Below are positions 10,084 through 23,025 of a stretch of 64,000 nucleotides of DNA, one piece after another. The notes under the pieces are model-generated. The model was not told the DNA's origin. It did not search any database and was given only the letters and a program-made list of their open reading frames with translations. Both the position numbers and the translations under genes were made by a program. How positions within the stretch are numbered: the stretch's first letter is position 1; each line of letters opens with the position of its first letter. Source of the DNA: Eutreptiella sp. 'Long Island Sound 2002' (taxonomy: Eukaryota; Protista; Euglenida); contig OZ038378.1 of the NCBI GenBank assembly GCA_964036045.1, forward strand, positions 141,546,001 to 141,610,000. Reading direction: 5' to 3'.

Positions 10084-13000
10084 TGCATCCAGTGCATTGG
10101 CATTGCCATTGCATTGTTGGAAAATGAACGGCTCGGGCCTGGGGAAAAAGTGCTACCCGCAGGACACTCATGCAATGGTCTCTTGTTGTCCGCATCACGG
10201 AAAACTGTGATGTTGTAGCGAGCAATTGAAGGTTTACCAATCAGCCCATCCAAATGAAACCCACATTCTTGCACCATCAAAACTTTGAGCATTGCTCCGC
10301 CTCTTGTATGCCTATGCCCTTGCTCTTTTCGTACTTGGGTACCTGCGCTGGTGTACATGGGAGAGCCATCACAGTGGCACTGCACAACATTGGAGTGCAG
10401 CCTTCTTATTCGGGTCTCCCTGTTTAATTAAGTTAAAGACCAGAGCACCGAGTATGTTGGAAACCTTTGTATTGTGCTCAGCAGTGGACCTCCTGGTATA
10501 GTGCCCTGCCACAACATGCGCACATCGAGGAAAGCCGTGAGTCTTCGCTAGACACCTATATGAAAAACAATGTGGCTTGATTGTTGGGCAGAAATTAACA
10601 CGTTAACCCAAAGTTGAAGTTTTTAAGAGGGGTTTAGGGATTCATAAGGGATTATTCCTACACCCATGGCGTGCGTTACAGGGTTAGGTGTCATTTTCAT
10701 CCGGGGGTTGTGGGGGGAATCACCCGTGAATGTTAATATTGACCCTCCAGATATTACCTGTCGCCTGCAGAAATTAACCCTCCCTAAAAATCCGTAAAAG
10801 TGCCCAACAAGACGAAGAATACTACATGTATAAATGTCTATGCTTGTCCTGCATGGCCACCATGGGTGGGTCAGCCTTGTGGAAGTTTGATAAGGTATTG
10901 TTCGGTCAGGGTTGTTGCGCCCGTCGGGAGGTCTTGGGTTTTGTCAAGGGGTTTTCGAGGTTTAGCGATGGTTGTTGAGGTTTGGTGAGGGTCGACAAGT
11001 TGTTGGGATTCTTGAAGGTTGACTCGGGGTTGATAAGCATTGCTGCATTGTTTGCTGAGCGTCGCTGAGGTGTTGTTACGGGTGGTTGAGGGGCATTGAA
11101 AGCTCTTGGATATCTTTCAGGGTTGGGGCTGAATGAGGATCCATATGGGTTGATGGTGCTAGTTGAGAGGTCACTGATAAGGATTGTTGAGGGGCGTTGA
11201 CGGTTGATCAGGGCTGGTATGGGTTGGCGTCTCAACTCAACCACATGGTTCCACAACAACTTGGGCTTGAAGTTCCAGCATTTCATGTTCAAACTCACAA
11301 CTTTTTCCCTTCACGCATCATCGAGTCCTGACTTGGCATTGTGCATTCAATGTTTCATAGAGTTTGTGAGGTGATTTATTGTGTAGCGGCCATTTGGCTC
11401 ACTACTTCCTACACTTTGAACGCCCTATGTTTTTATCCACCATCACCTGTTTCGGCCACACTTCATGGCGCCTTGGGTTGTCTGAGTTGCCTTGGCATGA
11501 CAACACTACTGTACTCGATTCGACATTCTCATCCCCAAATGGCCCACCCAAGCTATGAGCTGTGACCATCATCAGCTGTTGGGCCCACGATGGATGAACA
11601 AATGTTTTCCGCTGTTTGGCTCACGTAGCTACCTTGGCCAAAAATGTTTGAGATACGCAATGCGAAACGCATTGATACTACTTACACAACCAAGCACCAC
11701 GACCACGACATAAACCGGGGGCTGAACAATCCCCGTTTTATCACCAAAAAGTATGTTCTGTGGGTAGCAATGAGATGAAGGGGGAAACCACATTCGCTCC
11801 ACGGCATCCACTGCCCTACTGGCATTGGCAGGCCTCACATGCACCAACCCACAGGGAGGGGCTGCATTTTGCACAGGGACGCAGCACACAACAATCACGT
11901 GGCCGGAAATTGGGAATTTCTGGCAGGAAATCACGAATGAAGATGGGCATAACATTGCAACTGTGGATGATGTTGCCAATGGCAGCCATGAACGTGGAAT
12001 TCCTGATGCATAGAGCGCACCGTGTGCGCACTGTACCCCTGCTCCTTTTCCGGAGGGTATCTCAGGGATGTCAGATAGATTTCTCGGGGCCTGTAGATCA
12101 AATCTGTTGCCATCACAATGTCCAACAAAGAGGCACATGTGACCAACACCTGAATGAGTGTCCCTGGAAAATGCATGCTTGATGCACACCTCGTTTCCCT
12201 TGTGTGGGGCACCCCAAACTTCTAGCACTCAGAGCACCCCCCCCCCCCCCTGCCCACAAGCCCCACTAGTGTCTTGTTTATCGGCGTCATTGTTTGCCCT
12301 GAGCCCCCTCGGGGTACGAATGGACACCGCAGTACAAATGCCGCACAACAGCCTCATGGAGCTACTGTAAGATCTTGGGAACTGCATATTGGGAGCAGCA
12401 GTTGCAGTTGCTACAGACCCTGGCGCTTCTACCTCTGCTTCCGCGACCCCCAATGCCAAAAAAGCCAAAGTTGGGTTCCAGGCATGGAAGGAACACTTCA
12501 ACGGTACAAAGAAAAATAATTTCTAAGTTGTACCCGGTTCCTGTTTGTTCAACGTTGTTCTGTTTTCCTTGCCCAGTGATCCTCAGTACTGTTGGTATCA
12601 TATAAATTCTGTGGCGCGCTGTTTGGGTGCTTTTTGTCCTGTTGTCGCCCCTATGCTCATTTTTGTTTTCGTGAGGCCATCCCTCATGCACAGGTGTTGT
12701 CTTATGGTGAAATTATTTGGGTATGGCAGCTTTCTATGCGCAGTGCAATAGTTTTGATGCATTTTTCTCGTCTGGTGTCTGGAACCAGACCACTTTTCAT
12801 ATGTCACCGGATCCAGAACGGATCCAGAACACTTCCATGTACCATTGGCACATCCAATACCATCCCAGAACAGGCAATTTTCTACTGAGGTTTGCATCGT
12901 AGCTTGCTTTGCAACTCAAATCTGCTGCCGAGGGTTTTATTGAGTGTGCACTGCCAGGCCTACACCCTTGATATTGACTGCCTCCGAGCAAAGTCGCCCT

Positions 13001-13216
13001 ACGAACCAAATGACAATGTGTTGTTAGTGTTTGATGCTGAAGCAGATACACAAAGGGCAGGCTCATCGAGGGTGCCGTGACTTGGGGTCGGGGAACCCGA
13101 AGCCCAAGACCCCCGTGTGCGGGAGGAACCGCGGGCGCTCCCGCGAGGGGGTGCCCCCCCCCCCCGCCCGGTGCGCCGCATGCCCGGCCTCCCCACAGTC
13201 TTGTGCGCATGTTTGC

Positions 13217-13972
13217 ATGGCCCACGGTAGCTCGCCCCCGTCGGACTGCAGCAGCGATGAAGAGAGCGAGTGGTTTGAGATCTCGGACTTCAGCACCGTA
13301 ACTGCATGGGAGCGCCTGGTGGCCGCGATGGAGCAGACCCTGAGGGGCTGGGCCGGGGCCGGACCGGGCACCGTTCCGTGTGCCCCCGGCGTGCTGGCGG
13401 CGGAGGTGGGGTGCTGGGGGCAGCAGTACACCCTCCACTACCACGACACAGCCCACATGCCCGATCCGGACCCGGCGCTGCTGTCGGGCTTGGGGCCTAC
13501 CCAGGACCTCCGCAATTCTAATCATGACCCGAACTCTCCCGTCACACCGCAAGCGCACGCGACCTCTAACCCCGACCCCGGTGCCCCGTCCGCATGCGCC
13601 CGCAGCACAACTCCACCGCCGAGCCCCGGCCCCAGCCCTGCGCTCAACCCTGACTCCGCCTCTGACCCTGACACGGCGGCTAACGCACAACCGACAGGCC
13701 CCGTCGAGCCCAGTCCGGCGGTGGCGGCGCGGATCGGGCTGGAGCTGACCCCGGAGGGCGGGGCCCTGGACTACACGACGGCCATGCTGGAGACTGCGGG
13801 GGACTTCTGTCCCCGGGCCCATGTGCTGAGGCAGTGGTTTGGGATCACTCGCTTCCTCGTGCTGACGCCGAACAGGGGCTGCATCGATCCGCCGCAGGCC
13901 CCGATGCTGCTGAGTGCGCTGATCTGCGCATGCGTTGCGGTACGGGTGCAGGTGCCGTGCTTCGTGTCCGAG
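13217..13972 (+). CDS. RAB3GAP1: Rab3GAP catalytic subunit, exon 1
   Basis: SDEESEWFEISDFSTVTAWERLVAAMEQTLRGW matches the family N-terminus (FEITDFTTASEWERF). Also GDFCPRAHVLRQWFG and LLSALICAC...QVPCFV. Donor GAG|gtgtgc, phase 0. Start codon is tentative. Confidence 0.85.
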
Positions 13973-14899
13973 GTGTGCCGTGCGGTGCCAGGCTGGGGCC
14001 ATGTCGGGGGCTGGGGCCGGTGCTGGAAGGGGGGCGTGGGTGTCCCTTCCCTTCGGGACTGAGCGTCCGTTCCGCCCCAATGGCCCGAGTCGCACAAGAA
14101 TGTCGGTGATTGCTGCCTCCTGTCTTGGTAGGAGCGGCACATCATGCTTCGCATGTTGCTCCTTGTGTTTGTGGCAGGCACACAAACAAAACTGTCCCTA
14201 TTTTTTCCTGGGCCCTTGCCCTGCACGAATGACCACGTACAACCTGAAGCTGCAAGCCGGCAACGCTGGCACAGATGTGCGACACTTGGCCTTGTGTTAA
14301 TCCCACATGGGTGGTTGAGGGCACCCTTCGAACGTGACAGCATGGGAATGTGAGTTTGAGCGTCCATGGGTCCACGTCCGTGAGCTCAGCATGCTCCTGA
14401 ACACTCAAACCGGTGTGGCCAACTAGTGGTACCGACTGGCAGACTTCCTGCGCCTTTATGGCAACCGCCCCCCCCCCCCCTTCCTGCTGCACAGCACAAA
14501 GAGGGAGTGACCCCTGACCAGGATGCACGCATGACCCTGTAGAGCCTAAACCGCCAGTAGGGTTAGCCGAAGCAGGGTCGAGGGATGAACATGTGCTCAC
14601 AAATCGCACTGTGGAGGTGTTGAACGTTGGCACCTTGGACAGAGGCGTGGGGCAGGCTGCTGGCAAGGGCGATCCGAAAATTGTTTTGCAGGGGGGGGGG
14701 GGCGCCACCCGAAGGGGGGAGCCCCCTCCCCCCTTTTGTTTATTTTGGGGATAGCTGTTGGCGCTGAAGGCCCTGGAAAATTTTTTTGGCCTCCCAACGG
14801 GGAAAGTTCTTTGTTCCCTGTGTGTCTGCACTCGAAATACGCAGAATTTTGTGCATGAGAAATGGGTGAAAAACACAAAAAAACATTTTGACCCCCCGA

Positions 14900-17800
14900 C
14901 CTGACCCCAATTCAAGCGCCAATTTGGGTGTCAATTCAGGCGCCAATTCCTGCGCCAGTTTGGATGCCAGTTTGGGCGCGAATTCGGGAGCTAGTTCAGG
15001 CACCAATTTGGGTGCCAGATCACGCGCCATTTTGGGCACCAATTCGGGCGCCACTCCAGGGGTGACTTCGGGAGCCACTTCAGGAACCAATTCAGGCGCC
15101 AGTTTGCGCATCACTTTAGGCACCAATTTGGGCGCCAATTTGGGCGTCAGCTCAGGTGCCAGTTCCTCGTGCCCGAATCGGCGCCCGAACTAGCTCCCAA
15201 ATTGGCTCCCGAAGTGGCGACTGAAGTGACGCCCAAATTGGTGCCCGCACTGGCGCCAGAATTGGCTCCCGAGCTTGCGCCCGAGCTAGCGCCCAAACCG
15301 GCCGTATTGGCACACCAACTGGTGCGCCAACTGGCGCCCAAACTGGTGCCCGAATTGGCACCTGCACTAGCACGCGAAATGGCTCCCGGGCTGGCGCTGG
15401 GACTGGCACGTGAACTGGGGTAATAAGTGGCGCTCAAATTGGGGTTCACACCCCAATTGGTGAGGCGCCATTTTGGGCACCATTTCGGGCGCCAGTTTGG
15501 GAGCTAGTTTGGGCGCCAACTCGGGCGCTAGTTCGGTTGCCAGTTCGGGCGCCAATTTAGAAGCCAATTCAGGTGCCGCTCCGGCCGTCGGTTCGGGTGC
15601 TGGTTCGGGCGCCAAGTTGCACCCCAATTCGGGCGCCAACTCGGGTGCCAGTTCGAGAGCCAATCCCAGCACTATTTTGGGCACCAATTCGGGCGCCACT
15701 CCAGGGGTGACTTCGGGAGCCACTTCAGGAACCAATTCGGGCGGCAGTCCGGGCGTCAGCTCGGGTGCCAGTTTGGGCGCTAGTTTGGGCGCCACTTCGG
15801 GCGCCAATTTGGGCACCAGTTCAAACGCCAATTCGGGCGCCACTTCGTCCCCAGTTCACGTGCAGTCCTGGCACTAGCCCGGGAGCCATTCCGCGCGCTA
15901 GTGCAGGCGCCAATTCGCGCACCAGTTCTGGTGCCAGTTTGGGCGCCAGCTGGTCCATGCGCCAATTCGCCCATTGATGGAGCACGTGTCTGAGTTTGTT
16001 TTCTGATAGTAGGGACGGACTATAGAATCCACGAAGGGAAATTAGTTCGGGCGGCAATTTGGGAATCAATTCGGGTGACAGTTTGGGCGGCAATTTTGGC
16101 GCCAGTTCGGGAGACATTTCGGGCGGCGATTCTTACGAGGTTGCATGCAAGGCTGCTGGGTGGGCTAGGCTGGGATTGATGCTTGGAAAAGGGGGCGGGC
16201 GGGGAGGTTGGAGAAATTGCTTGGAAATTTTGATGGGCTGGGGTGCTTGAGGGAAATTCTTTCGAGATGGCATGCAAGGTTGCTAGGTGGGCTAGGGTGG
16301 GATTGGTGCTTGGAAATTGCTCATGGTCAATGCGCGGAAAAAGTGTTCGTGGTGTTCCTACCAAGAAGTGCTTCGGGATAGTAGTTCCAACAACGCCGCG
16401 ACACACCATTGTGTGGAACCGATTGTTGTCTCCATGGGCCAACTAAAAAAGTCGGTTGTGAATACTAGAGCAAAGATGTAGCAATACCCCTAACCAAATA
16501 TACATTTCACGGGAAGCATATTTGTTACATGTGTTTGCACGCCAATTCGGGCGACAGTTCGGGCGCCACTTCGCACACCAATTCGGGCGCCAATGGCGGT
16601 AATTTGGGCGGCATTCCGGGCACCAGTTCAGGCGCCAATTTGGGCGCCAACGTGGGCGCGACTTCGGGCGGAAATTCAAGAGCTACTTTGGGCGCCAATA
16701 CGGGTGCCACTCCAGGCACTAGTCCAGGCGGCAATTGGAGTGTGAGTTCGGGCGTCACTTTGCGCATCAGCTCGGGCTTCAGCTGGGCGCCAGCTTGGGC
16801 ACCAATTTGGGCACCGGTTTGCTTGTTTGCACGCCAATTCGTGCGCCAGTTTGGGCGGCAATTCGGGTGCCAGCTCGAGCGCCACTTCGCCCGCCATTTC
16901 GCGCGTCAGCTCGGGCGCTAATTTAGGTGCCAATTTGGGCGGTAATTTGGGCGGCATTTCGGGCACCAATTCGGGGGCCAGTTCGGGGACCAGTTCTGGC
17001 GCTAGTTCACGTGCCCAATCGGGCGGCAATTTGGGTGCCAATTTGCACGGCACTTTGGGGGCCAATTCGGGCACCAATTCGGGGGCCAGTTCAAGCGCCA
17101 GTCCAGGCACCAAGTTTAGGCACCGATTCGGGTGCCAATTTGGCGCCTGTGTGGGTGCCAGTCCGCGCTCCACCTCGGGCGGTAGCTCGCCAGTTTGGGC
17201 GCCACTTTGGGCGGCAATTCGGGCGCGGATTTGATCGCCAGTTTGGGCTCCAGTATGAGCGCTAGTTTGGGCAGTGATTCGGGCACCAATTCGGGCGGCA
17301 ATTTGGGTGTGGATTCACAGCAATTTGGGCGCCAATTAGTGCACCATCTGGGGTGCTAGTTGAGGCACCAAGTCGCGCGCTAGTCTGCAAGCCACTTTGG
17401 GCGCAAGTTGGGGCGCCAATTTGGGTGCCACTTTGCGCGCCGATTCAAGCACCAATTTGCTGCCAATTCGGGCACCACTTTGGGTGCTTGTTTTGGCTTC
17501 AGTTCTAGCACCAGTTTGGGCGCCAATCCGGGGGCCAGTTTGTGTGCCAGCTTGCACACCAATTGTCGCACCAATTCAAGCGCCACTTGGGGTGCCAATT
17601 CGGGTGCTAGCTCGCACGCCGGTTCAGGCGCCAATTCCGGGACCACTTCGGGCCCCAATTTGGGTGCCCATTCTGGCGCCAGTTTGGGCGCCAGTTTGGG
17701 CGCCAAAACCTGTGCCAGTTCGGGCACCAGTTGGGACGCCAATTTGGGCGCCTCTTGGGGCGCCAGTTGGGCCGCCAGTTCCGGCGTTGTTCGGGCGCCA

Positions 17801-18435
17801 ATTTGGGTGCTTGTTGGCACCAGTTCGAGCTCCAATTCGGGCCCTGTTTGGTGCCAATTTGGGTGCTAATTTTGGTGCCAGCTGGGGTGTCAATTCCGGC
17901 GTCCATTCGGGCGCCAATTGGGGCGCCACTTTTGGTAGGCGCCACCTGGGGCCAATTGAGGCGCGGGTTTGAGCCGCAATTCGGGCGCCAATTCGGGGAC
18001 CTGTTCGTGCGCTTGTTTGGGCATCAATTCGATTGCCAATTCAGGCGGTAATTCGGATGCCAGTTCATAGGCGCCAGTTCGGGCGCCAGTTCAGGCGGCA
18101 GTTCGGCCAGCAGTTTGGGCTCCAATTTGGGCGCTAGTTGGGGCGCCAATTCGGGCGCCAATTCGGGCACCTGTTCGTGCGCTTGTTTGGGCGTCCATTC
18201 GGGTGCCAATTCGGGAGCTAATTCGGACGCCAGTTCAGGTAGGCACCAGTTTGGGCGCCAGTTCAGGCGGCAGTTTGGGTGCCAGTTCGGGCTCCAATTC
18301 GAGCGCTAGTTGGGGCGCCAATTCGGGCACCACCTCCAGGTCTCACCTTGGCTGATGGGAGACTGAGCTAAGGAACCAATTCGGGTGCTAATTCGGGCGC
18401 CAATTTGGGCACCAATTCAGGCGCCAGTTCATGCC
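14900..18435. repeat. 12-bp minisatellite (TCGGGCGCCAAT-like)n, ~3.5 kb, in RAB3GAP1 intron 1, interrupted at about 15975-16530
   Basis: Hundreds of ggcgccaattcg/ggcgccagtttg variants, translating as (LAPE)n and (GANS)n. Confidence 0.95.
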
Positions 18436-18755
18436 GAACATTAGTGCATATGCGTACAGAACGTGCATGTGTGGGGTGCTCTTTGACCTGCGTACGGCCT
18501 GCTGCTGGCCGGATGCCATGAGGGCAGTGGCTGCAGTTTGAGCACAGGAATCACCCCCCCCCCCCCCCCATCAACAACATACACACTAGCCCCACACTCA
18601 CGCACAGCCCGGAGGCACGCCTCCAACAATCACAACCAGCCCCGTGCCACTTTTGATGGCTCATCCCCCCTCCCAGAACTCACCCTTTCCAAAGCCTCAG
18701 CAGCCCCTTCCCGTCTTCTTTAAGATGACGAATTTCCCGCCTTCTACGTTTGCAG

Positions 18756-19064
18756 GGCCCCCTCAGCCACCACTTGTTTTTGGGCTATGGCACCGCCTTG
18801 AACTTCTGCACGCGCTTTCGAGTGGAACTGCACCCGGCGGTGCCTCCAGAGTGCACAGACCTGCAGGGGCTGGTGGACCTCTTTGGCCGCCATGTAGCGC
18901 TGGACCCCAAAGCCGCCTTCAATGCATCCCCCTTGAGCCCTGGTGCAGCCCCACCCAGCGCCAAGCCCTCCGCTGGGCTGCAGGTGGCTGCCCGGTACAT
19001 TTACCAAACTGACGGGCTGAGCATGGAGGATTGGGTCGACATGATGCAGCACAGCCAGGCTGAG
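18756..19064 (+). CDS. RAB3GAP1: Rab3GAP catalytic subunit, exon 2
   Basis: ttgcag|GGC...GPLSHHLFLGYG...VPPECTDLQGLVDLF...VAARYIYQ...GAG|gtgtgc; phase 0/0. Confidence 0.8.
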
Positions 19065-20753
19065 GTGTGCAGCATTGTGGCACTGCGCTGCCGAAGTGGG
19101 GCTCAGTGTGTCGCAGTTTTGCATGACACTCTTGTACGGGCGGGGGCTGGGGGTTGTCAGGCACGAAATTTGGAGGGTTGTGCCCTTTGGAGGTACCCGT
19201 GCACAAGGCCGTCGCAGTGCATCAGGCTGTCACCCACACTTCTGCTTTCAGGTGGCGTTCCTGATTTTGGAAGCAGTTTTGTGACCATGTTGTGGCAATG
19301 TGTTGCAATTTTGGAGTCTCTTTCTTATGCATGTTTTGTGTGTGTTATGGCAGTCATTTCGGCATATGGCACTTCGAGCTTTGGGGATTTCAAGTGGCGA
19401 AATTTTCTCCGGGCCAAATTATCCCTTGCGAAATTGTCCCCCGGCGAAATCCTTCCCGCCCCCCTGTAGTGCTCTTCCTGGCATCCTTGGAACAATTGCT
19501 GCGTTGGAGGTACAGTCGCCACGCAACCTTTGCCGATGAACCTACGCACCAATGAACACGACCAAACAACCAGCCAGGCAGCTGGGGCTGGGCCCTACTT
19601 TGGAGGGCCATATGAGGATTTGTGAATACGAGTACAGTGGATACGCGTATACGTATACGCAAAACGTGCACGTGTATTCGCGCATACTTGTGCATGTCGA
19701 CGTGGTACTTTCCCCCTCCCCTGCCCCCCGAAACGTCATTGACCGAGGTTTTGCAAACCGGATGAGGCACGTGCCTTGGTTACCCAATACCCCCTTCTTT
19801 GCGGAAGTGCAGTCTGTCCAAGTACCCCCCCCCCTTGTCCAAGCTGTGGCCTCTCAGTAATGACGTGAGCAATACCCGTCGGGTCAGGACACGTAGGATC
19901 CAGGGATAAGCGCAGTGCCTAAAGGCATCTATGGAAGAGTTTGGACGATGCAATAAACTCTCTGTGACTGGGCCTCCGGTGCCATATCTGCGCCCATGCC
20001 CTGTGAGAGTTCACGGAGTGATTCGGGAGGGTGATGGCCATCGTCGCTTTATGGCCAAGGTGAGGTTGTGTCATGATTGTCCATCCCGTCCCTCCGTCTG
20101 GCATGTTTTGCAAATGGCGCTGACGGGTGCCAACGCCACTCCCTGGTTCGGTCAGAACGTGCCAGACAAGGTAATGTGAGTGTTTACCAGAGTGAGTCCG
20201 GAGAGTGACGACCATCGTCGCGTTATGGCCAAGCCACGGTCTTGTTCAAGCAACAGCCGGGGTGCGGACCGTATTCATTTGGTACCAAATTTGATTTGCT
20301 GCCAATCTTGCTGCAACCACATAAGACAAGGGGCTAAAATGTCATGTTGGTGGACTGAGGGACGTTTGCAATGTTTTTGTTCACCCAATTTTGCCCGCGA
20401 ATGTTCATTTGAGCGGCCCTTCTTGACCCTTTGCTTGCGCCAACGCAACAGTTCCCATGTGCTGCATGCAAGCTGCGGCTTTGTCTAAGCTACAGTAGGC
20501 GTAGGGACTGTATTGATTTGGGATTTTTCTGTAGCTTCGACAATGCGGGTGCGGGAGGGGGAGGTACAGTATCTCCGCTGTTGCTGAAATGGTTCGGGTA
20601 AGGGCTGTCCCAGTCTGGGCTGGGACAGCAGGGGCTGTTGCAGGGATGCAGCACCGGGCGTAGGTGACAACGCAACACAGTCAGCACTCGTTCGTAGATG
20701 CCCATGTGCAGCAGCATCCTCTGTGTCTTTCCCTTCCTCGTCCATCGTTGCAG

Positions 20754-20882
20754 GGCATCTCGTTATGTTGGGGGACACGTGTGGACCCCATTCAAACCAT
20801 CCACACGTCCCTCCACTGGCCAGCAGACCACGACCCATCCACCGGACTGGACCCTGATTCACCCCAACAAGTGTTGATGCAG
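20754..20882 (+). CDS. RAB3GAP1: Rab3GAP catalytic subunit, exon 3
   Basis: GISLCWGTRVDPIQTIHTSLHWPADHDPSTGLDP resembles the family segment PFG..EDPI..LHL...WP....LDP; cag|...|gtgcat, phase 0/0. Confidence 0.75.
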
Positions 20883-21123
20883 GTGCATTGCAAGGGAGAG
20901 GGAAGGGGGCAGGGAGTGGGGCTGGACTGGGGCAGGCAAACAAAGATGCTTGGGGGGGAAAGGGGAGGCGGGCAGAGACGGAGGGAGAAAGGGGCACATT
21001 GGACCCCCACTTCATCCGAAGAGCTGTTGCTGCAAGGCCGAGGGAAGGACGTGGGGAGGGACCAAGGGAAAGGGAGGCGGGATGCGCGGGCCTGCGCCGA
21101 CCGGCTCTCGCGATGCCCCGCAG

Positions 21124-21369
21124 CTGACAATGAAGGAGGAGTTGCACTGTGACTTGGGCGAGCAGTTGCGGGAGTTCCTGGACCTGCATTTGGAGAACAT
21201 TTACAACGCGCGCTCCCAAACGGAGACCGAGTTCAGCGTGGACATGTTCGTGTCCAGCCGCAAGCAGTACGATGTGGTGGTGGGGACGGGGCGCGATGCG
21301 GGGGCGTTCATGCTGCGGATGGGCACTATTCTGTCGCAGAGGCAGGAGGAGCTCGTGACGGAGGAACAG
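21124..21369 (+). CDS. RAB3GAP1: Rab3GAP catalytic subunit, exon 4
   Basis: LTMKEELHCDLGEQLREFLDLHLEN...ELVTEEQ; strong GC3 coding bias; cag|...|gtgcag, phase 0/0. Confidence 0.65.
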
Positions 21370-22629
21370 GTGCAGGGGCCGTGTGGCTTCGGACGGCTTG
21401 GGAGAGGGCCGGGGGCTGCCGGGGATGGGGAACAAGGGGCTGTGGGTTGGGGGAGATCCGGGGCGGTCAGGGAGGGAATAAGGGGTGAGGGGCTGCTGTG
21501 GAAGATGTGTTGTGAGCAGTTGGAGGGCGCTGTGGGAGAGGGCAGGGGTTGGGGGAAAGTGGGCAGTGCGGCGGAAAGCACGTGTGCACAAGATATTGGG
21601 ATGTCTACCCAACAATGTGACGGGTGGTGCTCTTAATGTAGGGAGCCCCCCCAGCCCCTCCTTGGCCTCCGCCCACACTCATTCACCAAAGGCTTGGCAA
21701 GGCTTGGGTCTGCCGTGACCATGGGCACGGAAGCTGCAGGGCATTTTGTGCATAGCTGCCTCTGAAAGGAGTGTTAGTGAGGTTGGGATGATGCCGCCAC
21801 TTCATTGCCGTCTGCTTTGCAGACCCGGATGCGGCCGGGGCCATGCAGCCACATCGTTGCAGGGGCTATGCAGCCATTCACACCCCCCGGCTCTGTGTCG
21901 TCGCATTTGTTGACACTTCCCGCCGGATCCGTCGCAGTTGATGTCTCATGTTTTTACTGATGGAGTTCTGAAGGGGCATTGCCCTTTTGGTGTCCCTGAA
22001 GAAGGCAGGTCTGGGCTTTCTTGGTAGAACGCTGGGGAACATCTGCGTGGATTTGGGAGGAGTAGAAGGCGATGGGCACACCCATAGAGCCCCCCTGGCG
22101 GGGTCGCCGCAGGTGCACTTTTCAGACCGTTGTCAGAGTTGGGCTCTCATTCACTTTTGTTATGTAAGTGAAGAGTAAATGTGTGTGGCCCTGTGACAGG
22201 GGGAGGGGTGGTGGTGCCCCAAGCAGTGGCCTGCCATAAGGTGAGGGGGAGCGTGCCTCTGTGCCAATCCAGTGCACCCCCCCCCCCCCTCTGCGCCACA
22301 CATGGCTGGTAGACATTCGCTCCCCTCACGCAAGCGGTCACCAACACACCTCGCCTACTTCTAGGACAGCCCCACTCCCCCGCGCAGCGCAAAGCGGTGC
22401 AGGAGTGGCATCAGTGGTGCAGGGCCCCCTCCAAATCTTTGCAGTCTGGGAATGAGTGAAAGTGAAGGAGTGGACGCCACGGGGGCAGCAGCAGCATTTG
22501 TGCGCGGACGGACGATTGGCCTGCTCTCACCGACCAAGATATATCTCCCGACTATCTCGGGCCAAATCTGAGGGGTGCACGGGGTACAACCACGCTGTGG
22601 CGCTCCTTGACTGACCCAGAGGGGCACAG

Positions 22630-22874
22630 GTGGCGCGGCACAGAGTGCTAGACCAGCTGGGGGCGTCCTGGTGGATGTTTCTGGGGCGTGCCGAGCACTT
22701 CCCTGCCCCGGGAGCCCTCAGGGAGGGCTTGGGGGGTGCTTCGCGGCAGGAGGGAGATGTTGACGCAACAAGGAAGCAAAAGGGCGAGAGCGCTGCCGGG
22801 GCGGGGGCTGTGAGACCAGGCAACTGGAGGCTGAGGCCCAGTCGCGCCAGCGAGGCAAGGCCGTGGCGCCTGTG
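22630..22874 (+). CDS. RAB3GAP1: Rab3GAP catalytic subunit, putative exon 5
   Basis: cacag|GTG...VARHRVLDQLGASWWMFL...PWRL TG|gtgcag supplies the phase-2 junction needed by the next exon. Little recognisable conservation. Confidence 0.45.
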
Positions 22875-23025
22875 GTGCAGTGTAAGCCGAGGCCCAACCC
22901 GACCCAACCTAACCGCCCCCCCTTCCCCAACAGCCCCCATGTGGCCCTGCGCAGGCCTCAAGTTACGTCCGCGCCATCTTCGCCCCGTCGCTCTCATTGC
23001 CCCGCATCCCTCGGTCCCTGGGCAG

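Noticed and set aside
14740-18309. Many (LAPE)n, (GANS)n and (WRPN)n ORFs
   Set aside because: Same artefact, produced by the second 12-bp minisatellite.
19250-19520. Extra RAB3GAP1 exon candidates (tttcag|GGCGTT... and gtag|TGCTCTT...GGAG|gtacag)
   Set aside because: Exons 2 and 3 already join in phase with continuous family similarity, and these segments show no conservation.
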